A DNA stretch of 62,911 bases, the filler included, from Kipferlia bialata (taxonomy: Eukaryota), in assembly GCA_003568945.1 (NCBI GenBank). It is 5 parts of 5 records of this genome, joined end to end, with 100 filler letters (N's around TTAATTAATTAA, not from the genome) between each part and the next. Parts side by side here need not be neighbours in the genome. Positions count along the whole stretch, not along the records: positions 18,094 to 36,065 come from BDIP01000500.1; positions 36,166 to 46,990 come from BDIP01000501.1; 3 more parts are not named here. The stretch is one strand, 5' to 3'. Within the stretch, counting starts at the first letter, position 1. Each line of letters begins with the position of its first letter. Shown in pieces: positions 24,101 to 36,372 of this stretch. The translations under genes and the position numbers were made by a program. The notes beneath the pieces were generated by a model, which was not told the DNA's origin, searched no databases, and saw only the letters and a list, made by a program, of their open reading frames with translations.

Positions 24101-27100
24101 CTGTCCAGAGGGCAGTGCATCCTGTGTGTGGCACTCCTCCCTGACGTCACCCTGTCCATACCACAGTGTCTTTGGGGAATACATAGCCCTCTCAGGTGAC
24201 TGGATTGTGACGACACTGTACCAGAACCCGAGTGTCATTTATAACCGAGATATGAGGGAGATGCGAATGGCCGCATACAAGTACAACGCCGTGTCTGACC
24301 AGTATGAACTCCTAGACAGGCCTTTCCTCCGCTCGCCTACCACAGATGCCCTGAGTCCTCTAGTTGCGCTGTCAGAGGCGGATGATGGGGATTCTCCAAC
24401 GCTCTTCTTGTCATACAACCAGGTTGTCTATGAGTTCGCTATTGACACCAATAATGAGTGGCAATTTCTCAGCGGAGTGGTGGGTGAGTACACGAGTACA
24501 GATGCCTATACCATGGCTATTGGTGGACCGTCGGTGGCTTTAGCGTCTATTGGTGAGGGGTCTCTTGTGGTTTCATATGGAGACGTACAACAAACGATGG
24601 AGTGTCCAGACAGAGCAGAAGAGGCCACTTTTGGAACCTCAGTAGCCCTCAGCCCAAGTGGGCTCCTGCTTGCTGTCTCCAACGCTGACCGAGTTCATGT
24701 CTACTCCCTCGCTAGTGATGCATTCTCCTATGTCCACTCACTCCTTCTTCCTGAGGGATACGAGGTCTCGGACTATCAGGCCTTGGCCTTCGGGAGCGAG
24801 ACCCAGCTCGCCATTGATGTGAACACCTGCATATTCACAGCCTTCCTTGGGTCAGACCAATGGTATCTATCACACACCCCTACTTCCCTGCCGTCCTGTG
24901 TGGGTGGGTGTGAGGTGGGTTCAGGACATGATATGTTTGGACACAATGGACAAACCATCATTTCCATGCAGCGGATAGATGGAGGGAGGGGCGCTGTCTA
25001 TGGCCTACCCTTTGTCACCCCTCTAGTCCTACCCACCCTGACAGCCACTCTTGTGGAGGTGTCAGAGGTCGCTGAGTGTGTCCCATTCACTGTCGAGTTC
25101 ACTTTGTACCTTGAGGATGGGTCCCAGTACCGAGATGACGTCTCACCCTCCCTGTCTGCCACCTTAGGGTCAGATGTCTTCCACCCCTATTACCGCACAT
25201 CCTCTGGAGACTATGCTGTAGACCTGACTGTTTCAGCATCAGCGACCACTCCCACTGTGTCCACACTACTGGTGTCTCTACAGGGTGCGAGTGTGGCCAC
25301 TACTGACATCAGTGTTGTCAGTCAAGTGGCACCGTGTGCCTTAGAGTCTCAGTACCTGTATGATTACTCCACCTGGATAGAGCTCGCCCCCATCCATGAC
25401 ACGTGTGGTAGAGACTACACTGCAGAGGCTACCAGTGTGGTTGTGCGTGACCTTTCTGGAGAGACAGTCATGCAGTCGTCGCCATCCTCCTCCCTACGCA
25501 AGTCCCTTGACGACTACTTGTTGCAAGGGGAGTACACTGTGACTGTTACGGTGGATGGCACGGTTCAGGCGGGTCTGCCGCTGTACGTGTACAGAACTGC
25601 GGTTCCTGGACTCAATGGAAACCCCGATGTATACTGTTCTGCATCCAGTGTGACCCTGACATGGGCTGCACCCTCATTCCCAGCTGGTGGTGCTGTCAGT
25701 GCTAGTCTGGTACTGACAGACATGGCAACGGGGGTGGTGGTGGACTGGGACGCCGATGTCAAGTGGAGGCTCAACACCGACTACGTCTGGTCATCTGCTA
25801 CTCGGGATGGGGCTGCCTTTAGCCTGGGTGGTCTCACCGCTCCATCTGTTCTCAATAGCGGCCGCTTCGTACAGGTCTGGGTCTCAGGTGGACACCTCCT
25901 TTCAGAGGTCATCCCGGTCGGTATAGAGGTTGACCTAGTTGCAGGGGGGAGAGTGGTCCTGACCGGCGTTGATATGGATCCCATCACAGAGTCATCCAGC
26001 TGTGGGGACACACCTGTCTCTCTGTCTCTTCAGGGTGTTACCGTTGACACCCCTCTGGCTGCCGAGGTCGATGTCTGTGTAGAGTATGTGGGTGGGGACG
26101 GATGTGCAGACCTTTCACTGGAAGATGGCCGGTACTATGGGGTGCTCCGGTCCCCCGATGTCCCTGGGTCCTACGTCTTACGTGTATCCGCAAGTGGTCT
26201 GACCCTGATAAGTGACAGTACAGTGGATGTGGAACAGTCAATGTCCTCTTTCACCATCATATCGCAAGACAGCACCTTCTCAGAGAAGAGAGAGAGAGCG
26301 TACTTCACTGTAGAGCCAAGGGATGGGTGCAACAATCCCATGGCCAGTGAGGGTACTGTCATTGTCCGTGACTCCGATGGGACTGCTTACAGGTGCAGCA
26401 CAGAGAGTGGGTATACAGATGATGCGTGGGCTTGGTCCTTCTATCCCTACGATGAGTCTGTATACACTATTGAGGTGTATCCTGGAAGCACTGGTTCGAC
26501 CGACCCCATTGCGGAAGCAGTCCACTATGTCGGTTGGACAGTCACTGTAGACGATTCCACCTCCTACAACGTCGGCCCAGGCTCTGGCATCATTGGGTTA
26601 CCCGAGAGAGGCCCAGACGGTTTACAGGTGATGCTAGAGCATGGGTCCCAGGTGACCTGCAGCGTAGTGCTGTATGAATGCAGTGGGGCACCTCTAGTCT
26701 TGCCAGACGTGTCTGTCTACTGGGGCCACCTGAAAGAGGAGGAAATCCAACTTAGTTACGACGAGGAGACAGAGACCTATCCAGTGGAGATACCTGTCTG
26801 GTCAATTGCCGATGCATACTATGGAGACGGGCTCAACGTAGCCATTTCAGGTACACGACGGGTATTCTATTCTAAGTCGGAGCCTTAATAGTGTGTGTCA
26901 CTTCCAAGTCTTACACCAGGTGTACAGCTCTTTAGGTCCTCTGAGTCCTACTTCGCTGGGGTCGAGGTTGCTGGGTCTCGAATTGCTCGTATCAGAGCAG
27001 ACTCTATGATCATCTCCGCACCTGATAATAACTTCGACTTTGCACTCTACGACACGAGTGGTGATATGGTGTACAGTGCAGATGTTGCAGAGGAGTGTGT

Positions 27101-28811
27101 GGGCGGGTGGGGCAGTGACCTCTCCTTACCTGCGTCCTTGAGCGACAATGGAAGCCAGTACACCATCTCGGTACCACGTCCTTCGGAGGTAGGCACTTTC
27201 ACCTTCAACCTGGCTCTTGGTGGTGTTGTGGTGTACTCGAGGGACTACGAAGTGATAGCGCCATACGATCCCGCTAGTTCCCGTCTTCTATTGCGCGACA
27301 CGGGCTATGTGAGAGATCATGCAGTGGCTGGGGAGCCCTTCGACGTATCTGTTCAGCTGGTTGATGCCAACGGTGGGTACGCCAGCGCTGAGACAGTCAG
27401 TATGGTGGTGTCGGACCCAGAGGGAAACAGTGTGTCGGTGGTATCGACAGTGGCATCAGGCTCTAGTGGTTACTACGAAGGGGAGGTCACCGTGCCTTCA
27501 GCCGGGGAGTACACAATTAGTGCTGAAGTTGCGGGCAGCACTCAACCTCCTATCAGTGACTCACCTCTAACTGTGTATGCTGGTGACTTTGGCCTAGACA
27601 TTGGACACTACGGCACTATGTGGATGGCTGTCCTAGAGAGTGGGTCCTCCCTTGTCGCCCCCACTGCGGCTCTTCCAGGTACTGACACTGACCCTAGCCG
27701 GCTTTATACCGCTGCTGTGAGTTTTGTCGATGCAGAAGGTCTCTATCCTGACTCGTCTATGCGGAGAGCCACTGTATCCGTCGACTTCTTCTCTGTTGAT
27801 GCCGTTGGAGACATGGAAGACGTTGTTGCGTCCCTGTCCTGCGACTATGATCAGTCTGGAGACGGTGTGCTCACCTTCACTGGGTATGCCCCACAGGATA
27901 TGGCCCAGTACACCCTGGCTGTCTCTGTTGGCGATGCTGCTCCGCTCTTCACCCAGGGTGTGGCCGTGTCTGTACCACTGACAGTCGGGGGCGTTGATGT
28001 CGCAGTCGCCGGTGTATCATGCGAGGAGGGCGATGATCCCCTTGAGATCACTCTCACGCAGGCCAGCTCCTCCCAGACTGTCACGTTTGTTGTCGATGCC
28101 TTCAGTCCAGACTTCACTGATAGCACGCCATTCAGCACCGGTAGTAAGGAGACTGTACCGTGTGAAGTTGACCTTAGCGATCACATCTGCGGCACGTGGA
28201 ACGGGTCTGGGTGTCAGCACCCAGAGTATCAGGGGGTTGGTGTGTACATGATGGAAGTCACAGCCCCTAACGTGTCGTCTGAAAGAACTCTCTTGTTTGA
28301 GATTAGTTGTGACGATGAGCCCCTGTTCTCCCAGAGTGTACAAGTGGCCCCTACCCCTACAGACCCTGAGTCCTCTCTTCCTATTATGCCCATAGCAGTT
28401 GGGGCGGTTGGAGTTGTGGGTGTGAGTGTGGGTCTGTGTGTGTGCTGCTCTGGGGATGACGAGGATAGTGTGAAGGAGGAGGAGGAGGATAAGAGTCAGC
28501 AGAAACAGGAGGAGGGTGTCCACGTGCCCTTCCCCCAGCCAGTACCCGTGGGACTGATACCCATACAGCTTGTGCCGGTGGAGCAGATGCCAGTCCCTGG
28601 GTTGGTGTATCCTCCCTCTGACCTCTCCAACCTCTCTCATCTCTCTGGTCCTGCCCCAGTGGCACTGGACCCCGGCCTGGGTGACGCTGGTGACACTGGT
28701 ACTGACACTGGTACGGAGGGGTGTCCGTCAGAGGCCGAGACTGAGGCTAGTCAGGTCACTCTGTACTGCAGTGATGTGGAGGGAAGCGAGACAGATACGG
28801 TGTCTGAGTGA
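18162..28811 (+). CDS. Giant type-I surface protein (about 3000 aa) with FG-GAP-like propeller repeats and Ig/filamin-like domains, 5'-truncated
   Basis: Repeated blades (DDFGTSLAI, SLGDGIALSPD, FGERVVM, FGEYIALSGDW, FGTSVALSPSG, GAGAVYVH) alternate with T/V/S-rich beta-sandwich segments (PRDxCG, VDANG). C-terminal TM IAVGAVGVVGVSVGLCVCC. Joins ORFs 19183, 19906, 21067, 22833 and 26895 via short introns. Confidence 0.8.
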
Positions 28812-29382
28812 GGTATTAGGAACTGAAATAGAGGTATATGAACGTATACTTCAAAGATGGGGAGTTGAATATGACCTTATCACATATATGCTCTGGCGAT
28901 CCATTCTTGTGAATTGTTGATGTTGCAGAACCAAAACCTACGATCTTGTAGTGATCGGAATTTCTATATACATTCCAATGACTTGGTGATATATAACCTG
29001 AGGTACACAGGTAGGAGCTGAATAGTCCCGAGTGCCAATGTGAGGAAGACAACGTATGACATGGATGAGGGAGAATGCTTTGTTTTGTAATGTATCCTAT
29101 TTCTGAGTCCTCTCTCATTACGATACTGAAGATCATATTCCCACACTATTATGGAGAGTTTCTTCTTATACATAGGGAGTGGGCCATTCTGGCTCGTACA
29201 AGAGTGTTCATCAGATGTAAAGCTTCAGAGTTGGAGCATGTATGTGACAGTGGTTGCGTGTGTTGAGATCGCAGAGAACTCTCTAGTTCCAAACCTAGAC
29301 CAATAATGATACGTCAATGACACTGAACTGTACTGGATACTGAAACTGATCACTTCTGGACACTGACTGGCTCTTTTTAGTG

Positions 29383-32300
29383 ATGATTCTATTAGTCCTC
29401 GCCCTACTCTTGGCCGTACTGGTGGGAGGCATTGTGTGCCTATGCCTGTACGGTAGGTTCAAGCCGTCCCCCTATCTGGTTGAGTTCCGGTCCCCCTCCT
29501 TTGCCTCTGCCTCCTCCTCCCGAGGGAGGGTGGGCGACACAGGGCTCCTCACCCACATGGAGTGTGCACAGACACTCTCAGAGGACCTTGCAGACGTATA
29601 CGTCAGGGGCAAGAGGAAGGAGAGGCTTCGCGTGTATGTCTCACCCGCCTTTGACCCCCGCATCAGACGGTACTCATACAGCCCATACCGGCTGTCTGAC
29701 AAGCTCTCTCTCTCCCTGGCATGGAGTGCTGATGTCACCCAAGTGACAGTGGATGGTATGGAGGTGCGTATGGAGGCCAAGGTGGAGCTCCTGGCCTCCA
29801 ACCACGGGCATGAGGTGGAGATTGTGGGTAGGACTGCAGATGGCAGACAGGCCTCATACTCTGTGGTCATCATGCCCTGGTTCATGCAGCCCATCTGCAA
29901 TGAGGTGCACCAGGTGGACCAGGTGGCACCCGGCATCATGACAGGTAGGGGGTGCATAGCCTGTGTACAGGAGGATCTCAATACTACTGATACTGATACT
30001 GATACTGCACCCGGCATCATGACAGGTGGGTTGCACAGGAGGAGACATGGGTATTGGCTTATCTCTTTGCCCCCCCCCCTCCCCCACTCTACCTTCCTTC
30101 TCTCTCTCTCCCTCTCCCCCCCCCCCGATGTGTCTGTCTCTCTCACTGCCATCTGTCTCTGAGTTATCACTGGTCTCTCTCTCTACCCCCCAGGCATGAG
30201 CTCTGTGTGCACTGTGCTGAAGCCATTCGGCATGAAGAGGATGCTGTGGAACATGCTCAACACAGTTGGGTTCAGAGGTAATTATGTGACATGTGATTAT
30301 ATATCCCAGGGCACTGATCTTCAGGCCTCCTGCGTATACTCAAGAGCCGCAGGAACAGTCCCTTCATGGATATTGGTGACCCCTTGGTGCAGAAGTACCT
30401 GGACCCAAACAGAGTGTACTGTCCGGGTATGACACACATACTCGTGTATAAACCAACATCTCTCTCTATATATGTACCCATGTATATTTGGATGTATGTG
30501 TGTATTCACTGGTACCTTGTGTGTGTCTCTCCCCCCCCCCATACCTCTCTCTGACCCCAGGCTCTGCCTTTGTGCTGGACATGTACGGCACACCCCTGCA
30601 GTACACAACAAGGCACGAGGGCAAATGTTTCTCTTCTAGCATTCTCAGTGCCACATATATAGACATACATATGTTCGTATACAGATTCGTTTAGAGATGG
30701 ACTGAATGGGACTATATGTATGCATTGCTTACAGTCAGAGACCTTCGCATGATCACCATACCCTATGCTCTACCCAGTGGCACCGGGGGTACCCTGGTGC
30801 CAGAGACAGGTGTGTAGTATAATATAACAGTATAACTCAATTCGCGTGCTAGACTGTACAATACCGTTATACATTCTCGTGCCTGAGACAGGTAGGTACA
30901 CAGTATGCATTATCTCTCTGTACTTCGAATTAATGCAACCCCCCCACCCTCCAACCCCCCAGGCTTCTTGTACAACACACCTGTGCAGGATGACCTCCTC
31001 AACTTCGCAGAGGCACCCTCCCGCACATTCATAGCAAACAGGTTTGTGTTGCATTGTGTGTATATTCACTCTTCATGTCTCCATTACATGTCTTTCTCAC
31101 TAAGTATGTTACCTCTTATACCTCTAACCCCGCCAGGTCTCTAGAGGGTGCTGTGGAGCTACCCCGTGTGCTTGAGCAGCATGACGACTCCCACGAGCTG
31201 TTCATCACCCCTAGGGGCACCCTCATGACCACATACTACAGGATGTACGAGAAGGGACACGTCCTGAACAACGGGGAGGTGGGGCTGAGAGTATGAACCC
31301 TTACCCATTTGTCTTCCCGCTGTCTCACCCTAGACCCTCGACCTAGCCGTAACCTCGTGCTACCTGGTGGAGAGGGACACTGAGGGACAGGTGGTGTGGG
31401 AGTGGGACAGCATCGACCACATCTACCCCGACCCAGACCCTGCCGTCTGCTACCAGCCCACAGAGGGGTTCAACTACCACGACTACTTCCACTGCAACGG
31501 GGCAAGGTGGGTATATATACTATTGTCAATGGTATTATATATATATATATTATACATTTCGTTTTATGTTTATGACTACCACGACTACTTCCACTGCAAC
31601 GGGGCAAGGTGTGTTTATGAATGCATGCAATGTTGTATATATGTGTAGTGTATGACTGCTTTCTTTCACTGCCACAGTTACACAAAGTCTCAGTATAATC
31701 GCGTGATGCATGCATGTTGCTATGATTCTACCACTGCTCTGACCCCCAAGGTTCAATGAGACGGACCCCAACGAGATGCTGATCACTGGTAGATACCTCA
31801 GGGGGTGCATCAGTGTAGACTATACAACAGGTGTACACTCCATATACACAGCCTCCTGACCTGTTGTATATATATTGTATACATATATTGAATACATATT
31901 GAATATATATGTATTATCGTGTCAATCTCCCTGTCTCTTACCCTCTAGGCGCTGTCAACTGGATCCTGGCCAACCCCTCCAACCCCCTCAACCAGTTCAC
32001 ATTTGTCAACGACCCCCTCGAGGGACCTGGCTCCTGCCATGCCGGACTACTCAATGGCAACACTCTGCTCCTGTTCGACAACGGTATGTCACCATATATG
32101 TATCCACAGTTGTTGCAGTAGAGTGTGTCTCTAGCCGTTGGTTATGCCTCACCCCAGGTGACTACCTGACCCCTGAGTACAAGGAGGGAGAGGAGGGATG
32201 CAGGCTGTTTGGCAGGGCCCCCACCCCCTGTGTGCACACCTACAGCAGGATGGTGGAGTACACCCTAGACATAGAGGCACGCACTGCCACATACGTCAGG

Positions 32301-32589
32301 GAGGATACATGCAAGGAGAGGATGGCTCGCATTGCAGGTACGTATCGATGACCCACGGTTGTTTGCGGTCATTCCACACTTGCTCACTCCAGGCTACATA
32401 GAGCGTGTCCCCCGGCCTGATGGGCAGTGCAATGTGTGTGTGACCTGGGGCAGTGCAGGCACATACACGGAGAGGGCACCCGACCACACCCTGGCACTCA
32501 CCCTGTCCACAGAGGGGCTCAACTACCGTATCTACAAGACAGACCCGGACTACTGGTACCAGGCAGAGACCACAACACAGGCCATATGA
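29383..32589 (+). CDS. Arylsulfotransferase (ASST-like), N-terminally membrane-anchored, multi-exon
   Basis: N-terminal hydrophobic anchor; DDSHELFITPRGTL, VERDTEGQVVWEWDSIDH, DYFHCN, LLLFDNG, SRMVEYTLD and VTWG motifs typical of the arylsulfotransferase propeller. Confidence 0.8.
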
Positions 32590-32805
32590 GTGAGAGGGGC
32601 GGGGATACCGTATGATACCATGAGAGAGAATCTATGTTAACAATTTTGTATTTACCATCCATTCCGAAGTATAGAATAGATCTAGAGGGTTCAGTGTGTT
32701 TGTTATGAAACTGTCTGCAATTCTGAGTGATGGTATCAACCACGTTCAATTGCCTCTCTTCCTCAAGTACACCAAGATTATGCCCCCACCCGTACAGGTA
32801 TCCAC

Positions 32806-35203
32806 ATGACCCCGACCCCTCCAAGGGTCATCACTACAGAGTTGTTCCAGCGGGTGCCCCCTGCTGACTTGTCTGACAGAGAGAGTGGCTCTATCCCTGT
32901 TGCCGTAGACCTCTGCTCAGGTGCGGTGGCAGGGGTGTACGCAGGGCTGATAAGAAGGGCAGCCCCAGGTGGGTGCAGCAACACAATGAAGTCAATCCTC
33001 GTGTCCACCCCTGGCACCATTGTGCGTCTGTTGCTGCTGGGGTTGAGTGATGGCCGGCTTCGGACAGACACCCCGCCCGTGGCAGGCGAGCCCCTTGCCT
33101 TCGGGCTCCCTGTCCTAGAGTACCTTCTATCCACTGAGCAGTCTGACTGGGTCAACCTGGATGAGCTGCTGTTGGTATACAAGGCCAATGGGATTGCTAC
33201 ACCAGTGTCGGTTAAGGTGCCCGATCCAGTGCTTGTCAGCGGCGAGTGGACACAGACGGGTAGTGACAGGTACATGTGCCTGCTGTCCGCAAAGGGGGCT
33301 GCCTCCAGGCCAGATCCAAACACAGCCTACGCCCAACGTGGATCTGGGAGTGGAGGTGATATTGATGTGTTACTAGGCATATGGTTCAGAGGCAATGGGA
33401 CGTTTGTGGCAATTGCACCAGCAGGCCATGGCGACTTGGCTTTGTTAGAGATGGGTCACCATGAGGTGAAGGTGAACGTTAAGGGCCAGAAACTCGAGTG
33501 CACTGGGATATCGGTCCAGCCACAGTTTGAGCCAGTGTCGCCTGAGACCACCACCGAAGACATCATATCCTGCACACAACACACGGCACCAGTGAGTGCT
33601 GCTGGTACCGCTGTCGTCAAGAGTGTGTCATGGGTCCCAAACCATCGTGTAAAGATGGTGTGCTCCCTCCCCACTCCCCTTAAGGCATGTACTCTTGTGC
33701 ATGTGTCAGACTCAGACTCTGACACCGGACCATCCCACACCCTAGCCCTGGAGATGACTGACGGGACTACCAAGACCATCCGCTGTTGTGAGCCAGTGAC
33801 TACTATTGTCTCGGTGTCCAAGGCAGAGCAGACTATAACGGTGGCACTAGCCCCTGTGAGTGTGACCCCTCAGGTCCTGAGTGTGCCCAACTGTATCACA
33901 TTGAGACCCGCCCACCCTGACTACCTCAGTGCCGCCCTTAGCACCCAGATGCCCCAGAAGTACCAGGCCGCCACAGCCAGGTTACGGAGGGATACCCCAT
34001 ATGTGGCACACATCCCAATGATGATGGCGTCTGGGGCCACGCAGCCCCTCTTGTGCTCAACTGTGCCTCAGGTGGTGGATAGGGTGCCCCTCCAGGAGTA
34101 TACCGGACCCATGCCGTATATCAGGAGAGCCCAGACGGAGTGGGCCTTCTCCCAGCTGCCCCCCCAGTCCAATGAGAGACAGCTGCTGGAGCTGCATGAC
34201 GAGATCGTCATCATGATCACTAGCCTGGTTGAGGCTGGCGGCAAGGATGTGGTCACTCTAGTGAAGTGCAGGGAGACAGGACTGGCCGAGGGAGTGCTTG
34301 TGCTCAGCCCTGAGCTGCACCACTTTGCCTCGGGTGCTGGTCTGATGCGCGGTGTCGCATACTGCCCCCCTATACCCGAAGACAGGGCAGAGAGGTCCAA
34401 GGTGGTGGCATCTGTCAATGCTCTCTACAATGCATTACAGTCACCCAAGGTGGTGTGTAGGGAGCAGACATTCGAGCTCCGGAACGTTGCACGCTCCTTC
34501 GCCACCATCATGCACGACACCTATACATGTGTGCCGCATCTCTTCCGCGGCTTCAGGACTGGCACGATGGTGCCCAGGAAGAAACTCAACGCAGCCGTAC
34601 CTGAGTGCCTAAGGGGGTGTCTACAGCCCATAGCGCTGACCTGGCGGCCTGTGAGGACATGGCAGAATATGCAGTCATCGCTGGCTGGTGTGAGTGGGTG
34701 GGTGGGGAGGATGGCCAAGGGGGGGACTCAGGATGACCTTGGGAAGACGGTGGCTGAGATGATGGGAGACGCGTACAAGGAGGCGACGGAGGGGCTGTAT
34801 GTGCCAGAGAATCACAAGGGCAGACAGGTGAATAGGGACCTGGTTGCACTTCTGAGGCAGCCACAGAACAGGTATCACAGAGTTTGCTGCCCTAGTGTCC
34901 TCTATCTAATGACGCCGGCTTTCATGTAATAGTATACATCAATATGACACATTGCTCGATGATGTAACTGAGTCAGTTACTGACAGCAGGCAAGAGTCGT
35001 TAGTGATGTGGTCCCTGTACAATGAGAGGGAGATGCAGGCCACTCTGGTTGATGACACTACGCATTTCTCCGCAAGGTCTACAACTGCTGAAGGTACAAG
35101 ACCCCGACAGACAGGTCAGAAGAAGAGGAAGGGACAGGGACAGGGGAAGAAGGGGAAGGGGAAGAAAGGGCAGCTGAAGTTCCACTTCGGCCCTAAGAAG
35201 TGA
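32806..35203 (+). CDS. Hypothetical protein (about 760 aa), one intron (34872-34989), Lys-rich C-terminus
   Basis: 707-codon ORF spliced in phase (AG|G) to the terminal exon ending KKGKGKKGQLKFHFGPKK*. Confidence 0.7.
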
Positions 35204-35420
35204 AATAGACTCACATGCTGATGATTTACGTCTAGAGAATCAAAGTCTGATCCAATGGGTGAGTCTGGACACTAATAGATGATGACTTTCGTCTACACTG
35301 TTAAGTCTACCGTTTTTGAGTCAAAAGGGTTCACTCACATTCGGTGCATGTGCTTGGCTGTTCTGCCGTCTTGATCGCTGCGACCCGTACATCAAGCGTC
35401 AGCTGTGATTTCAGGCTTCC

Positions 35421-36025
35421 ATGTCCGAGGGCGAAGGGCTCGTGGAGGGGCTCCTTGCCTATATGGACGCCTCTGTGATCCAGGTAGGCGATAATGGGTC
35501 TATATTATCAGTATTGACACTGCCGCCACTCCTGTATCTATCCACTGTGTAATTGACACAATCACGTGTGGTGTCATCAGCAAGCAAGGCATCAATTCAA
35601 CTGCTGTTGTATCAGCCACCGTTTCTGTGATATGGAAGGTCATAATTGTGGCTTTGGTTTGGATTGTCAGCTGTCTATTCATTTGAGTCAGAATGAGACT
35701 GACCTTCAGGGCGAGATAGTGCCTACCCTCATCACAGCTGCCCTCTCGGCGTGTGTGGCCATTGTGATTCTGACGGACAAGGTACACTGGTCACCCACCC
35801 ACTGTCACTGTCACTTTCATCACTTTGCCTCTCTGTGCGTCTCACCCGCAGAACATGCGCTCCTCGCTCTACTTCCCTGCAGTGGCATTCGGTACGCACA
35901 CCTGCACCGCAATATGAGTCTCCCATATGCATATCGCTTGGCCCCTATTAGTGACTCATATTCTCATAGTGTCACTGCAGGTACCATCTTTTGTAGTCTC
36001 ATACCAGCACTACTGGAGAACGCAG
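35421..36025 (+). CDS. 5' part of a hypothetical membrane protein, cut by the contig end
   Basis: Four phase-compatible exons: MSEGEGLVEGLLAYMDASVIQ / NETDLQGEIVPTLITAALSACVAIVILTDK / NMRSSLYFPAVAF / GTIFCSLIPALLENA. Confidence 0.55.
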
Positions 36026-36065
36026 GTGCTCTCAGTACACGACTGATCAAGTTTGGTGCTCCAGC

Positions 36066-36165
36066 NNNNNNNNNNNNNNNNNNNNNNNNNNNNNNNNNNN
36101 NNNNNNNNNTTAATTAATTAANNNNNNNNNNNNNNNNNNNNNNNNNNNNNNNNNNNNNNNNNNNN
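36066..36165. other. Artificial contig spacer
   Basis: N44-TTAATTAATTAA-N44. Confidence 0.98.
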
Positions 36166-36217
<52 letters not shown>

Positions 36218-36372
36218 ATCTCTCTCTGTCTCTCTCCCCCCCCTCAGCCATACACTCTCTTCTTTCTCTCCTGTCCCTACTGCCAACGTGTCCATTTTCT
36301 GCCTCTCTCTCCTTCCAGGGAACCCCCCTCTCTTTCTCCTGCCTCTCTCTTTCTCTTGTCTCTCTCTTGTAG

